Source: Oscillospiraceae bacterium
GTDB lineage: Bacteria; Bacillota; Clostridia; Oscillospirales; Ruminococcaceae
Reading direction: 5' to 3'
DNA: 38,687 nt
Assembly (NCBI GenBank): GCA_017460285.1
Contig: JAFUBI010000132.1
Span: forward strand, 1-38,687
Made by a program: the position numbers and the translations under genes. The first letter of the stretch is position 1. Each line of letters opens with the position of its first letter. The notes below the pieces were generated by a model that saw only the letters and a program-made list of their open reading frames with translations, was not told the origin of the DNA and ran no database searches. Below, one piece after another: positions 25,866-34,592 of the stretch.

Positions 25866-27104
25866 TTAATCGCTAAAACTATCCAGATAGTTGATAGCGG
25901 AAGCGGCTAACAGTTTTGCACCGATCGGGATCGCGTCTGTATCTGCTTGATATTGAGGGCTGTGCCAGGAATAGACACAGTCTTTCTCTTCGTTTCGAAC
26001 ACCGAGCCAATAAAAGAAAGAGGGGACACCGGGCTTGGATTCGGTGCCAAGGGCATAGTGGCAGAAATCGTCTCCACCTCCGGAGGGGTCGGGTCGGACG
26101 GCTGTCGCACCGATATCTGCTACCGTTTTCAGCGCGGTATCGTAAAGGCCGATCTGGTCAGGCTGAGGTTCATTGGAGGTGATGGGGAGATCTTCAGAGG
26201 TCCAGAAGCGGGTCTCGCAGTTGTAAGCGGCTCCGATCCCCTGGGTGATCTCAAGGATCCTCCGGTTGATCCTCTCCTTGTCCTCATAGGACTAGTAACG
26301 CACAGTCCCTGTCATGGAGACTTTGTCCGGGATCACATTGCTGATCATGCCGTTTTCCGTGTGGACGCTGCAGATAGAAACGACTGCCGCGTTGGTAGGA
26401 GCAACATTTCGGCTGACGATAGTCTGCAGGGATTGTATGACAGCGGCCGCTGCGACCACCGGGTCGGTGTTGCGCTGGGGGATCCCGCCGTGACCTCCGT
26501 GACCGATCACTTCGATATCGATCGTGTTGAGTCCCGCCATGATGGGACCCGGAAGCACCGCAACCGTTCCGGTCGGTATCTCCGGTGAATTGTGAAAACT
26601 GAAGCACGCCTTCACTTCCGGATCTTCCAATGCGCCATTGTTGATCATCGTTATCGCGCCGAGATTTTTCTCTTCAGCTGGCTGGAAAATGAATTTCACG
26701 CTTCCTTTGATGCTGTTTCTCACTTCCGAGAGAAGGATAGCGGAACAGAGAAGGGAGGCGATATGGGTATCATGACCGCACGCGTGCATGACGCCGTCGT
26801 TTTCGGAGGGGAAGGGACAAGTGGACTGTTCCCTGATAGGGAGAGCGTCGATGTCCGCTCTCAGGGCGACACAGGGACCATCTTCTTCTCCTTTGAGAAG
26901 TCCGACGACACCGGTCTTCTGCCCGATGTCCAGGATCTCGATGCCGATCGTTTCCAGAATGGAAGTGATGTACCTTGTCGTTTCAAATTCCTGATTGCTG
27001 ATCTCTGGATGACGATGCAGGTGACGGAAGATCTCCAGAAATCTCTCTTTATGCGCTTCTGCCTGTTTATTGATCTCTTGAATGAGCCGATTCACTGAGG
27101 ACAT
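25866..27104 (-). pseudogene. M20D-family amidohydrolase (N-acyl-amino-acid / hippurate hydrolase type) interrupted by a single in-frame TAG at 26292-26294
   Basis: A 270-aa N-terminal ORF (MHACGHDTH, QPAEE, FHNSPE) ends at a TAG. The same frame then stays open for 141 more codons to the TAA at 25866-25868. That stretch encodes the expected C-terminal part (...GGGDDFCHY...WHSPQYQADTDAIPIGAKLLA). Confidence 0.8.
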
Positions 27105-27772
27105 TCCTCCTTGTTGTATTCTTCAAGCCACGGGATCACATCCTCCAGGGAAGGAAGAACCGCCGAGCAGTAGGACCTGGCTTCCTCGCTGGGCTGCTTC
27201 AGATCCGGGATGCAGATGACTTTCATTCCCGCAGTGTGACCGGACAGGATACCGCTGTTGGAATCCTCCAGAACGAGGCATTCCTCAGGGGAGGCTCCAA
27301 ACTCCTCCATAGAGAGGAGGAAGGGTTCCGGATCCGGTTTTCCGTGTTTCACCAGTGCTCCGTGAATGACGTGGTCGAAACGGTCGAACACGCCATCTGC
27401 GGTGAGGATCGTCTCGATCCAGTGCAGGTAATTGGAGGATACCACCGACTTTTTGAGACCGTGGGAATCGCAATAGTCCAGCAATTCCACTACTCCCGGC
27501 TTGAGGGGAACGCCACCGGCGGGAGCCAGTTTTTCATAGCGCTCATCCCACTCCGGGTACACGACGTTCTTGGCGTCAAGCCCGGGATAGTGTTCCTCGA
27601 TGATGCCGTGGATCTTGGTGTCCACCATTCCGATGATGCTGATGTAGAAATCGAGAGTCAGTTCATAGCCATGCTCCCGAAAGATATCTTCCCATATTTC
27701 AAAGGTGACCTGCTCAGAATTGGTGAGCAGGCCATCCATGTCAAACAATAAATATTTGATCTTCTTTGCCAT
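27092..27772 (-). CDS. HAD-superfamily hydrolase (subfamily IA, phosphatase / beta-phosphoglucomutase-like)
   Basis: 226 aa. Motif I LLFDMDGLL, motif II VVSSN, GKPDPEPF, and motif IV LEDSNSG. It overlaps the downstream gene start by 13 nt. Confidence 0.85.
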   Translation of the reverse strand: MAKKIKYLLFDMDGLLTNSEQVTFEIWEDIFREHGYELTLDFYISIIGMVDTKIHGIIEEHYPGLDAKNVVYPEWDERYEKLAPAGGVPLKPGVVELLDYCDSHGLKKSVVSSNYLHWIETILTADGVFDRFDHVIHGALVKHGKPDPEPFLLSMEEFGASPEECLVLEDSNSGILSGHTAGMKVICIPDLKQPSEEARSYCSAVLPSLEDVIPWLEEYNKEECPQ

Positions 27773-28377
27773 TAGTTCTTTCTGTCCAGTGCGTTGACAG
27801 CTTTGCAGATCGCCAGGGTGAGGATCGCGGAAACGACCGCTTCCACAAGACCGTTCGTCCCGGCAACGGAAAGGACCATCCCGATCACTGCGCTGACATC
27901 CATGGAATAGACGTTAGCAAGCAGGTTCTTGAACAGCAGGTACAAAAGACCCAGATAACCGATCGTATTGGTGAGGGAGCCGAGAGCGCCCACTACCAGG
28001 TAAGAGACGGTGCTGTTCTTCTTGATGAGAGCCTTTGCGAGAAGTCCGGCGATAACGCCGACTGCAAGCCTTGGGAGGAAGGATACACAGAAGTATCCGA
28101 ACGGGTTTTCCAAGATCGCGGTGAGTGCCACGATGTCGGTGGTCTGACCGGTGATCGCGAGCCAGAAGTTGAGCAAGCCCCAGGCTCCGCCCAGAATCGC
28201 TCCCGCTTTGACGTCCAGCAGGCAGGCTCCGATGATGACGGGAACCTGATACACGGTGGCGACGATCGGTCCGACAGGGATGTTGGCGATGTTAAATACA
28301 GTGAAGATGATGACGATCGCCAGCAGCATTGCGAGTCGTGCTAAGTATTGCACGCTCATTTTGTTTTTCTGATTCAT
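27772..28377 (-). CDS. ECF-transporter substrate-specific (S) component, possibly pantothenate-specific (PanT-like)
   Basis: Start taken at ATG 28377 (AAGGAG RBS) rather than the track start at 28554. The 201-aa protein has about 6 TM segments. It lies immediately downstream of coaX. No EcfA or EcfT gene is in the window. Confidence 0.7.
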   Translation of the reverse strand: MNQKNKMSVQYLARLAMLLAIVIIFTVFNIANIPVGPIVATVYQVPVIIGACLLDVKAGAILGGAWGLLNFWLAITGQTTDIVALTAILENPFGYFCVSFLPRLAVGVIAGLLAKALIKKNSTVSYLVVGALGSLTNTIGYLGLLYLLFKNLLANVYSMDVSAVIGMVLSVAGTNGLVEAVVSAILTLAICKAVNALDRKN

Positions 28378-28426
28378 TTTTTCTCCTTCTGTCGCTCCCT
28401 TCAGGGATGCGGCGAATGTTTTTTTG

Positions 28427-29191
28427 CTATTTGTTTTTGTTGTATATGATGCGCAGTCCCTCTGTGACGAGGTCTTCGCGATATACCATTTTTGTCCTGC
28501 AGGAGGAGAGGATGTAGTGCACGAGACCACCGGTAGCGACCACAGTGGCGTCATTCCCCAATTCCTGTTTGAAACGGTCCAGCATGCCGTCGATCATGGA
28601 AGCGAAACCAAGGATCGTTCCGCTCCTCAGACAGTCTGCCGTATTCTTGCCAATGGCGCTCTTCGGCGAGCCGAATTCAAAATCCGTCAGAAGAGCAGCG
28701 GATCCGACGAGGGCATTCATGGAGGTCCGCATTCCGGGAAGGATGGAGCCGCCGACGAAATTTCCCTTGGCATCTACCGCAACGATCTTGCTGGCAGTGC
28801 CCATATCCACAACGATGACGGGAAGGGGATAGTGATTCTTGGCTCCAACGGCTTCAGCGACAAGGTCTGCTCCGCATTCAGCAGGATTGTCGATGGCGAT
28901 GTTCAGACCGGTCTTGACTCCCGCGGCGAGGATCATGCAGGTACAACCCAATGCCATCTCGATCGCCTGACTCAGATTGGTCGTGATCTGGGGTACGACA
29001 GATCCCACGATCGCTCCACTGAACTCGTCGGGACGGATGTCATAAACTTCAAGCAGAGAGTGGAGGTCTACGGCGTACTGATCCCTGGTGAGGGTGGAGT
29101 CCGTTTTCAGTCTTGAGGTGAAGATGAGTTCTTCTCCGCGATAGGCTGCCAGGACGATGTTGGTATTTCCTACATCTGCACAAAGGATCAT
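28427..29191 (-). CDS. coaX: Type III pantothenate kinase
   Basis: Start taken at ATG 29191, overlapping the upstream stop (ATGA). Motifs: MILCADVGNTN, VVDMGTASK, VVATGG. Confidence 0.9.
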   Translation of the reverse strand: MILCADVGNTNIVLAAYRGEELIFTSRLKTDSTLTRDQYAVDLHSLLEVYDIRPDEFSGAIVGSVVPQITTNLSQAIEMALGCTCMILAAGVKTGLNIAIDNPAECGADLVAEAVGAKNHYPLPVIVVDMGTASKIVAVDAKGNFVGGSILPGMRTSMNALVGSAALLTDFEFGSPKSAIGKNTADCLRSGTILGFASMIDGMLDRFKQELGNDATVVATGGLVHYILSSCRTKMVYREDLVTEGLRIIYNKNK

Positions 29192-29676
29192 TGGGTGATT
29201 CCCTCCAGAGAGTCGTCCACGTCTACCCATTCGGAGGCGACATCAAAGACGCGGTAGTTGAACTTGTCGATCCGGGCAATGACGGTCTTGATGCCGGCAT
29301 TGATGACCATGCGCTTGCACAGCGCGCAGCACTCCGCGTTGGGGGTGTAACTGCCGTCTTTCCCTTCAACTCCGACCAGATACATGGTGGCACCCAGCAT
29401 CTGATTGCGGGAGGCGCTGATGATGGCGTTCTGCTCAGCGTGTACGCTGCGGCACAGTTCATATCGCTCACCACGGGGGACTTTCAAAGCTTCGCGTCTG
29501 CAGTATCCCAGATCGTTGCAGTTTGCCCTTCCTCTGGGGGCGCCGGCATAGCCTGTGCTGACGATCTCGTCATCTTTGACGATGATGCATCCGTATCTGC
29601 GGCGGATACAGGTCCCGCGTTCGCTGACGGATTCTGCGATGTCCAGATAATAGTTGACTTTGTCCCTGCGTGTCAT
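29188..29676 (-). CDS. dCMP (deoxycytidylate) deaminase, ComEB-type
   Basis: Start taken at ATG 29676 (GGAGGT RBS 7 nt upstream). Zinc motifs HAEQNAI and CCALCKRMVINAGI are present. Confidence 0.85.
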   Translation of the reverse strand: MTRRDKVNYYLDIAESVSERGTCIRRRYGCIIVKDDEIVSTGYAGAPRGRANCNDLGYCRREALKVPRGERYELCRSVHAEQNAIISASRNQMLGATMYLVGVEGKDGSYTPNAECCALCKRMVINAGIKTVIARIDKFNYRVFDVASEWVDVDDSLEGITQ

Positions 29677-29715
29677 GATATGTACCTCCATTGCCTGTTA
29701 AAAACCATCATTACT

Positions 29716-29744
29716 ATATTAAGGAAATAGGGGCAAGAAATCAA
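29716..29744 (-). promoter_or_regulatory. Candidate promoter of the minus-strand dCMP deaminase-coaX operon
   Basis: On the minus strand: TTGATT (29744-29739), 17 nt spacer, TAATAT (29721-29716). Confidence 0.45.
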
Positions 29745-29918
29745 TAACGGAAATCGGGAGCAGAGTGCGGAAAATGCCTCATGAGAAGCCAGACTACACA
29801 AGGTTGATATGAGTCTTTTTTCGGCAGAAATCTTTGGGTTTTGTGCCCAATCGGAAGGGCGTTTTTTTGGCATTATGCCCTAGAAAATATGACAAATGGT
29901 GACAAAGCCTGTACTGAA

Positions 29919-29947
29919 TTGATTTTACTTTTTGTGGATATTATGAT
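29919..29947 (+). promoter_or_regulatory. Candidate promoter of the BMP lipoprotein gene
   Basis: TTGATT (29919-29924), 17 nt spacer, TATGAT (29942-29947). Confidence 0.45.
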
Positions 29948-29996
29948 GTGTTTGGATTGGGGTTTACACCTAACAATTATGGAAAGGAAAGATCTA

Positions 29997-31145
29997 ATGA
30001 AAAAGTTTTTCTCTATGCTTCTCGTTCTCGTGCTTGCACTGTCTTTGGTAGCATGCGGTGGTACAGAAGAACCCACCACACCTTCCGGTGATGGCAACGG
30101 CACAACAGACGAAACTCCCCTTCGTGTTTGCTTGGTAGTAGCAGCTCTTGGAGATAACTCCTTCTCCGACTCCTGCAACACAGGCTTGAAGGAAGCTCAG
30201 CGCGACTTCGGCATCATCTATGATTGCCAGCAGGTCGGTGACGATGGTATCGTCAATGGCATCCGTGAGGCTGCTCAGAACGGATATGACATCGTTGTTG
30301 CCGGATATGACTCCGACAGACGTGCTCTTCTCGATGAAGAGTCCATGGACTATCCGAACACCATTTTCTTCCTCTATGATAACGGCGACACAGAGTATGT
30401 CCCGAACGACAACGTTCTCGCAGTTATCTTCAAGGCGAATGAGTCCGACTTCGTTTGCGGCGCAGTTGCTGCAAAACAGTCCACCTCCAAGGTCACCGGC
30501 TGGATCGGTGGTCAGGAGTACACCTCCCTCTACGACTTCCTCGTAGGTTGGGTAGAAGGTGTTAAATACGCAGACGAGACCGCTTCCACAGCTTATTCCT
30601 GGGTCGCAGGCAGCTCCCCCTGGAGTGACCCTGCAAGGGCAAAGGAACTGACAAAGGCTCTCTACAACAACTACAAAGCTGACATCATGCACGGTGTTGC
30701 TGGTCAGTCCGGCGACGGCGTCATCGAAGCAGTTGTTGAGCTCCGTGAAGCTGGCGATGACACAGTATGGGATGTCGGTGTTGACTCCGACCAGTATGCA
30801 GTCTTCATGAACAATGACAAGGAAGACAAGGCAGAGGTCATCCTCACCTCCTCTCTGAAGAAAGTTGCACAGCCTGTTTATGACCTCGTAAAGGTCATCA
30901 TCGACGGCGGCACACCTGTTCTGGGCAACCAGACATACGGAATTGCTGAAGGCGCTTCCGGATGTGCAGACAACGAGTACTTCCGCAAAGTTGCTAATGC
31001 TGAAGCACAGGCGATCGCAGACCAGATCACTCAGGACGTTCTTGCTGGAAAACTCACCGTTTCCTCCGCATACGGCATGTCCCTCGAAGATCTTGCTACC
31101 CTGTTCCAGGCTGCAACATTGAACTACGAGACTCCGAACCTCTAA
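29997..31145 (+). CDS. BMP-family (PnrA/Med-like) nucleoside-binding lipoprotein
   Basis: Start taken at ATG 29997 (MKKFFSMLLVLVLALSLVACGG, lipobox). The body resembles BMP/PnrA-type ABC substrate-binding proteins (VAALGDNSFSD...). Confidence 0.8.
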   Translation: MKKFFSMLLVLVLALSLVACGGTEEPTTPSGDGNGTTDETPLRVCLVVAALGDNSFSDSCNTGLKEAQRDFGIIYDCQQVGDDGIVNGIREAAQNGYDIVVAGYDSDRRALLDEESMDYPNTIFFLYDNGDTEYVPNDNVLAVIFKANESDFVCGAVAAKQSTSKVTGWIGGQEYTSLYDFLVGWVEGVKYADETASTAYSWVAGSSPWSDPARAKELTKALYNNYKADIMHGVAGQSGDGVIEAVVELREAGDDTVWDVGVDSDQYAVFMNNDKEDKAEVILTSSLKKVAQPVYDLVKVIIDGGTPVLGNQTYGIAEGASGCADNEYFRKVANAEAQAIADQITQDVLAGKLTVSSAYGMSLEDLATLFQAATLNYETPNL

Positions 31146-31168
31146 TCTTTAAATTAGGTTAAACCCAT

Positions 31169-31204
31169 GGATAGCTGCAGAGATCTCTGCAGCTATCCTT
31201 TTTT
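31169..31204 (+). terminator. Rho-independent terminator
   Basis: ggatagctgcag / agatct / ctgcagctatcc, followed by tttttt. Confidence 0.8.
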
Positions 31205-31248
31205 CGTTGTATAATTGTGAAAAAAGAACAGAAGGAGCGAAGACAGAA

Positions 31249-31665
31249 ATGATCAACAGAGAAGAACTGATCGCTGCGGCGAAAGAAGCGCGTGAACATG
31301 CCTATTGTCCCTATTCACAGTACATGGTAGGAGCCGCTGTGCTGGGAACAGACGGAAAGATCTATACCGGATGCAACATCGAGAATGCCAGTTACGGGAT
31401 GACGGTATGCGCGGAGCGCACCGCGATCTTTAAGATGGTATCGGAGGGATGCCGCACTTTTGAAGCGCTGGCTGTCTATACGAACGGGGACGGCTCGGAC
31501 GGCGGTCCCTGCCTTGCATGCCGCCAGGTCATGACAGAGTTCTGCAAGGATTTTGACGTCCCTGTCATAGACGCGAGCCCTCAGGCAGTGTGGGAGCACT
31601 CCATGAAGGAGTTGTGCCCGCTGCCCTTCGTCATGTTTGAAAAGAATCCGGATTATCATGACTAA
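31249..31665 (+). CDS. cdd: Cytidine deaminase
   Basis: Start taken at ATG 31249 (GAAGGAG RBS). Motifs: YSQYMVGAAV, CAERTAIF, PCLACRQVM. Confidence 0.9.
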   Translation: MINREELIAAAKEAREHAYCPYSQYMVGAAVLGTDGKIYTGCNIENASYGMTVCAERTAIFKMVSEGCRTFEALAVYTNGDGSDGGPCLACRQVMTEFCKDFDVPVIDASPQAVWEHSMKELCPLPFVMFEKNPDYHD

Positions 31666-32485
31666 GTACGCGCCGGGAAAAGAACAGCATAAGGCAAAAA
31701 AATCTCTCGGGCAGAACTTCCTCGTAGACAGTACGGTCTGCCCGAGGATCGCAGAAAAAGCTCAGATCGACGGGATCGGTGTTCTAGAGATCGGTCCCGG
31801 TTTTGGCGCGCTTACTGTTGAACTCGCAAAACGGGCGAAAAAGGTCGTTGCGATCGAGATCGACTCGGATGTAGTTCCGAGATTGTTGGAAAACCTGGGT
31901 CCATTCTCCAATGTGACGGTCCTGGAAGGGGACGCGATGGAGATCGACCTGAAAGGGGTCATTGCCGAGCAGTTTGCCGGTATGCCTGTGGCGATCGTGG
32001 GAAATCTGCCCTATTACATCACCTCGCCCCTCATGATGCGTTTTCTGGAGGAGCAGCTCCCCGTGCAGTCTATAACCGTCATGGTACAGAAGGAGGCGGG
32101 TCAGAGGCTGTGCGCGAGACCGGGAAACAGGGAATGCGGGGCGGTCTCAGCTGCGGTGTGGTATTACAGTGTTCCGTCGATCCTTTTTGATGTGAGACCG
32201 GGAGCGTTCCGCCCTCAGCCGAAAGTCACTTCTTCTGTCATTAGGCTCGAAGTTCGGGAAAAGCCGCTTGTGAGCACATCCCCGGAGCGATTCTTCTCAC
32301 TGGTTCGGGCAGCCTTCGGACAGCGAAGGAAGACCGCGGTGAATGCGATCTCTGCTCTGCTCGGTGTGCCAAAAGAAGATGTGTCCGCCGCGATACGGGA
32401 AGCGGGATATCCGGAAACAGTCCGTGCGGAGCAGATCACCATGGAGGGCTTCGAAGCGATCGCGGAAAATCTTTTTCCGAATTGA
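31658..32485 (+). CDS. rsmA: 16S rRNA (adenine1518/1519-N6)-dimethyltransferase
   Basis: Start taken at ATG 31658, overlapping cdd by 8 nt. Motifs: KKSLGQNFL, LEIGPGFGALT, GNLPYYITSP. Confidence 0.9.
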   Translation: MTKYAPGKEQHKAKKSLGQNFLVDSTVCPRIAEKAQIDGIGVLEIGPGFGALTVELAKRAKKVVAIEIDSDVVPRLLENLGPFSNVTVLEGDAMEIDLKGVIAEQFAGMPVAIVGNLPYYITSPLMMRFLEEQLPVQSITVMVQKEAGQRLCARPGNRECGAVSAAVWYYSVPSILFDVRPGAFRPQPKVTSSVIRLEVREKPLVSTSPERFFSLVRAAFGQRRKTAVNAISALLGVPKEDVSAAIREAGYPETVRAEQITMEGFEAIAENLFPN

Positions 32486-32603
32486 GAGCGAAAGATCTTC
32501 AGAACAATATAAAAAAATGACCCGAGTTAGCGGAAAACCGGAGTTTTCAAGGCGGGAAAGACTGCCTGGATACGAGTTCGGACCTCGTCATTTTTCACAA
32601 TTT

Positions 32604-32628
32604 GGGGCATGTTTGGTGCCCCTTTTTT
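32604..32628 (+). terminator. Rho-independent terminator about 120 nt downstream of rsmA
   Basis: ggggca / tgtttgg / tgcccc, followed by tttttt. Confidence 0.7.
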
Positions 32629-32778
32629 GATGGGTTTAAACCCGATTTTTGTGAAATTGCACAGTGAAACGGCTTGTGTTTTGTACAAAACTATTGAAAA
32701 ATGGGCTTCCTTATGCTATTTTGAATGTAACTTACGATTATGGGGCATTTTTGATATTTTTCATTTTGAGGGGATAAG

Positions 32779-33858
32779 ATGGCGAATCAATACTTGGCTG
32801 TCGTACAGCAACTGGGTACAGCGCTTGGCCGGATCGTCGGCGTTTTGGATGAGAGCGGAGTCGTTATCGCTTGCAGCACGTTCTCGCTGGTCAACACGAC
32901 TCGTGTGGGATTGTCCTGGGACGGTGTCACCGGAGATGTGTTGCAGAGATCCGGGTACAGTTATCGTTATATCGATAACGCCCGCAAAGACCTGATCGTC
33001 TTTGTCGATGGGGATGATGAGAATGCGGCGAAAGACTGCACAGTCGCCTCCATCGCGCTGAGCGGGTACTATGACACCGCGGACGGAAAAAATGACATTA
33101 TGACGTTTGTTAAGAATGTCGTAACAGATAATATCCTTCCCAGTGATATCTTTATACGTGCAAGGGACCTCGATTTCCCGGTGGATGCCACTACGGCTGC
33201 CCTGGTGATCCGCGCTTCCGAAGGCGCAAGTTCCGTTCAGGTCCTGGATATCATCAGTCATCTGTTCCCGGAAAAACACAAGGATTTCATTTTTAACGTA
33301 AATGAGACGGACACGGTCCTCGTGAAGAGCGTATCCCCGGATATCGTTCCCAGCGATCTGGAACAACTTGCTGCCTCTATTTCGGACGTCCTGGAGACAG
33401 AACACAGGATCTATACCCAGATCGGTATCGGTACCCGTGTCGTCGGAGTTAAGGACATGGCGAACTCCTTCCGCGAAGCCCGCACAGCTTTGGAAGTCGG
33501 AAAGGTGTTCGACACGGAGCACAACATCATCTCCTACGGAAACCTGGGCATTGCCAGGCTGATCTACCAGCTTCCGACGACTATCTGCCAGCAGTTCCTG
33601 GATGAGGTGTTCAAGGAAGGATCCATCGAGGCTCTGGATCAGGAGACCTTGTTTACCATTCAGAGATTCTTTGAGAACAATCTGAACGTGTCTGAGACCT
33701 CCAGAGGACTGTTCGTCCACAGAAACACCCTGGTCTATCGTCTTGAGAAGATCAAAAAACTCACAGGGCTGGACCTGAGAGAATTTGATGAAGCTATCGT
33801 CTTTAAAGTAGCGCTGATGGTGCGCAAGTATCTGGATTCCACCATGGAGATCCTCTAA
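32779..33858 (+). CDS. PucR/CdaR-family transcriptional regulator
   Basis: 359 aa. The C-terminal PucR-type HTH is LNVSETSRGLFVHRNTLVYRLEKIKKLTGLDLREF. The N-terminus resembles the CdaR sugar-diacid-regulator sensory region. Confidence 0.8.
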   Translation: MANQYLAVVQQLGTALGRIVGVLDESGVVIACSTFSLVNTTRVGLSWDGVTGDVLQRSGYSYRYIDNARKDLIVFVDGDDENAAKDCTVASIALSGYYDTADGKNDIMTFVKNVVTDNILPSDIFIRARDLDFPVDATTAALVIRASEGASSVQVLDIISHLFPEKHKDFIFNVNETDTVLVKSVSPDIVPSDLEQLAASISDVLETEHRIYTQIGIGTRVVGVKDMANSFREARTALEVGKVFDTEHNIISYGNLGIARLIYQLPTTICQQFLDEVFKEGSIEALDQETLFTIQRFFENNLNVSETSRGLFVHRNTLVYRLEKIKKLTGLDLREFDEAIVFKVALMVRKYLDSTMEIL

Positions 33859-33914
33859 GGGAGTTAAAGACGAGTCGGAATACCCGCGCGATGCGCGGTT
33901 GAAGGAAAGATTCA

Positions 33915-34592
33915 ATGATCGAATTTCGCAATGTAAGCAAAAACTATCCCGGTGGGACCCATGCGCTGGATGATGTAGATATCTCCATCGACAAAGGGGA
34001 GTTCGTGTTTATCCTCGGACATTCCGGCGCCGGAAAGAGCACGCTACTGAAACTGATGCTTCGCGAGGAGCTTCCTTCTAAGGGATCCATCATGATCGCG
34101 GATTACAACCTGGTCAAAATGAAAAAAAGACAGGTCCCCTATCTCCGCCGCGAACTTGGTGTCGTGTTCCAGGACTTCCGTCTGATCCCGTCCATGACTG
34201 CTTACGAGAACGTTGCGTTTGCAATGCGCGTCACGAATATCTCCTCTAAGGAGATCCGCCGCAGGGTGCCATATATCCTGCGCATCGTCGGACTGGAAGA
34301 CAAGATGCATGTTTATCCGGACCAACTTTCCGGTGGGGAGCAGCAGCGTGTTGCCCTTGCCCGCGCCCTGGTTCACAACCCGAAGATCATCCTGGCGGAT
34401 GAGCCTACAGGAAACATCGATCCGGAACTTTCTCTCGAGATCATGGAACTCCTGCTGGAGATCAATAAGTTGGGAACAACGGTCGTTGTAGTTACTCACG
34501 ATGTGGCTCTGGCCAATCGGTTCCATGCCAGAACGATCACTCTGGACCATGGAAGAGTTGTCAGTGATACGAAAGGCAAGAACGCAGTATGA
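33915..34592 (+). CDS. ftsE: Cell-division ABC ATPase FtsE
   Basis: 225 aa. Walker A GHSGAGKST, signature LSGGEQQRV, Walker B ILADEPTGNID. It is followed by ftsX with an ATGA overlap. Confidence 0.9.
   Translation: MIEFRNVSKNYPGGTHALDDVDISIDKGEFVFILGHSGAGKSTLLKLMLREELPSKGSIMIADYNLVKMKKRQVPYLRRELGVVFQDFRLIPSMTAYENVAFAMRVTNISSKEIRRRVPYILRIVGLEDKMHVYPDQLSGGEQQRVALARALVHNPKIILADEPTGNIDPELSLEIMELLLEINKLGTTVVVVTHDVALANRFHARTITLDHGRVVSDTKGKNAV

Noticed and set aside
26292-26294. TAG reassignment or pyrrolysine decoding as the explanation for the in-frame amber codon.
   Set aside because: TAG terminates at least five other well-supported genes in this window (ends at 2125, 3158, 6730, 24437 and 28427). 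No pyl genes are visible here, and M20D enzymes are not known Pyl proteins. It is kept only as a low-probability alternative in the finding.
32518-32630. A 37-aa ORF (MTRVSGKPEFSRRERLPG...) downstream of rsmA.
   Set aside because: It has no Shine-Dalgarno sequence and runs through the terminator hairpin. The region is better explained as structured non-coding RNA or a 3' UTR.
32761-33915. A 384-aa minus-strand ORF covers the whole PucR-type regulator gene. Many other long antisense ORFs occur too: 920-1741, 4727-5584, 8441-9358, 10295-11215, 12466-13095, 13306-14055, 15377-16033, 18536-19195, 19850-20389, 21298-21984, 25947-26588, 28424-29116, 29191-29730, 29994-30692, 35391-35975 and 36060-36599.
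   Set aside because: Each lies opposite a gene with unmistakable family motifs. They lack ribosome-binding sites and recognisable motifs and have skewed low-complexity composition. They are shadow ORFs of the real coding strand.
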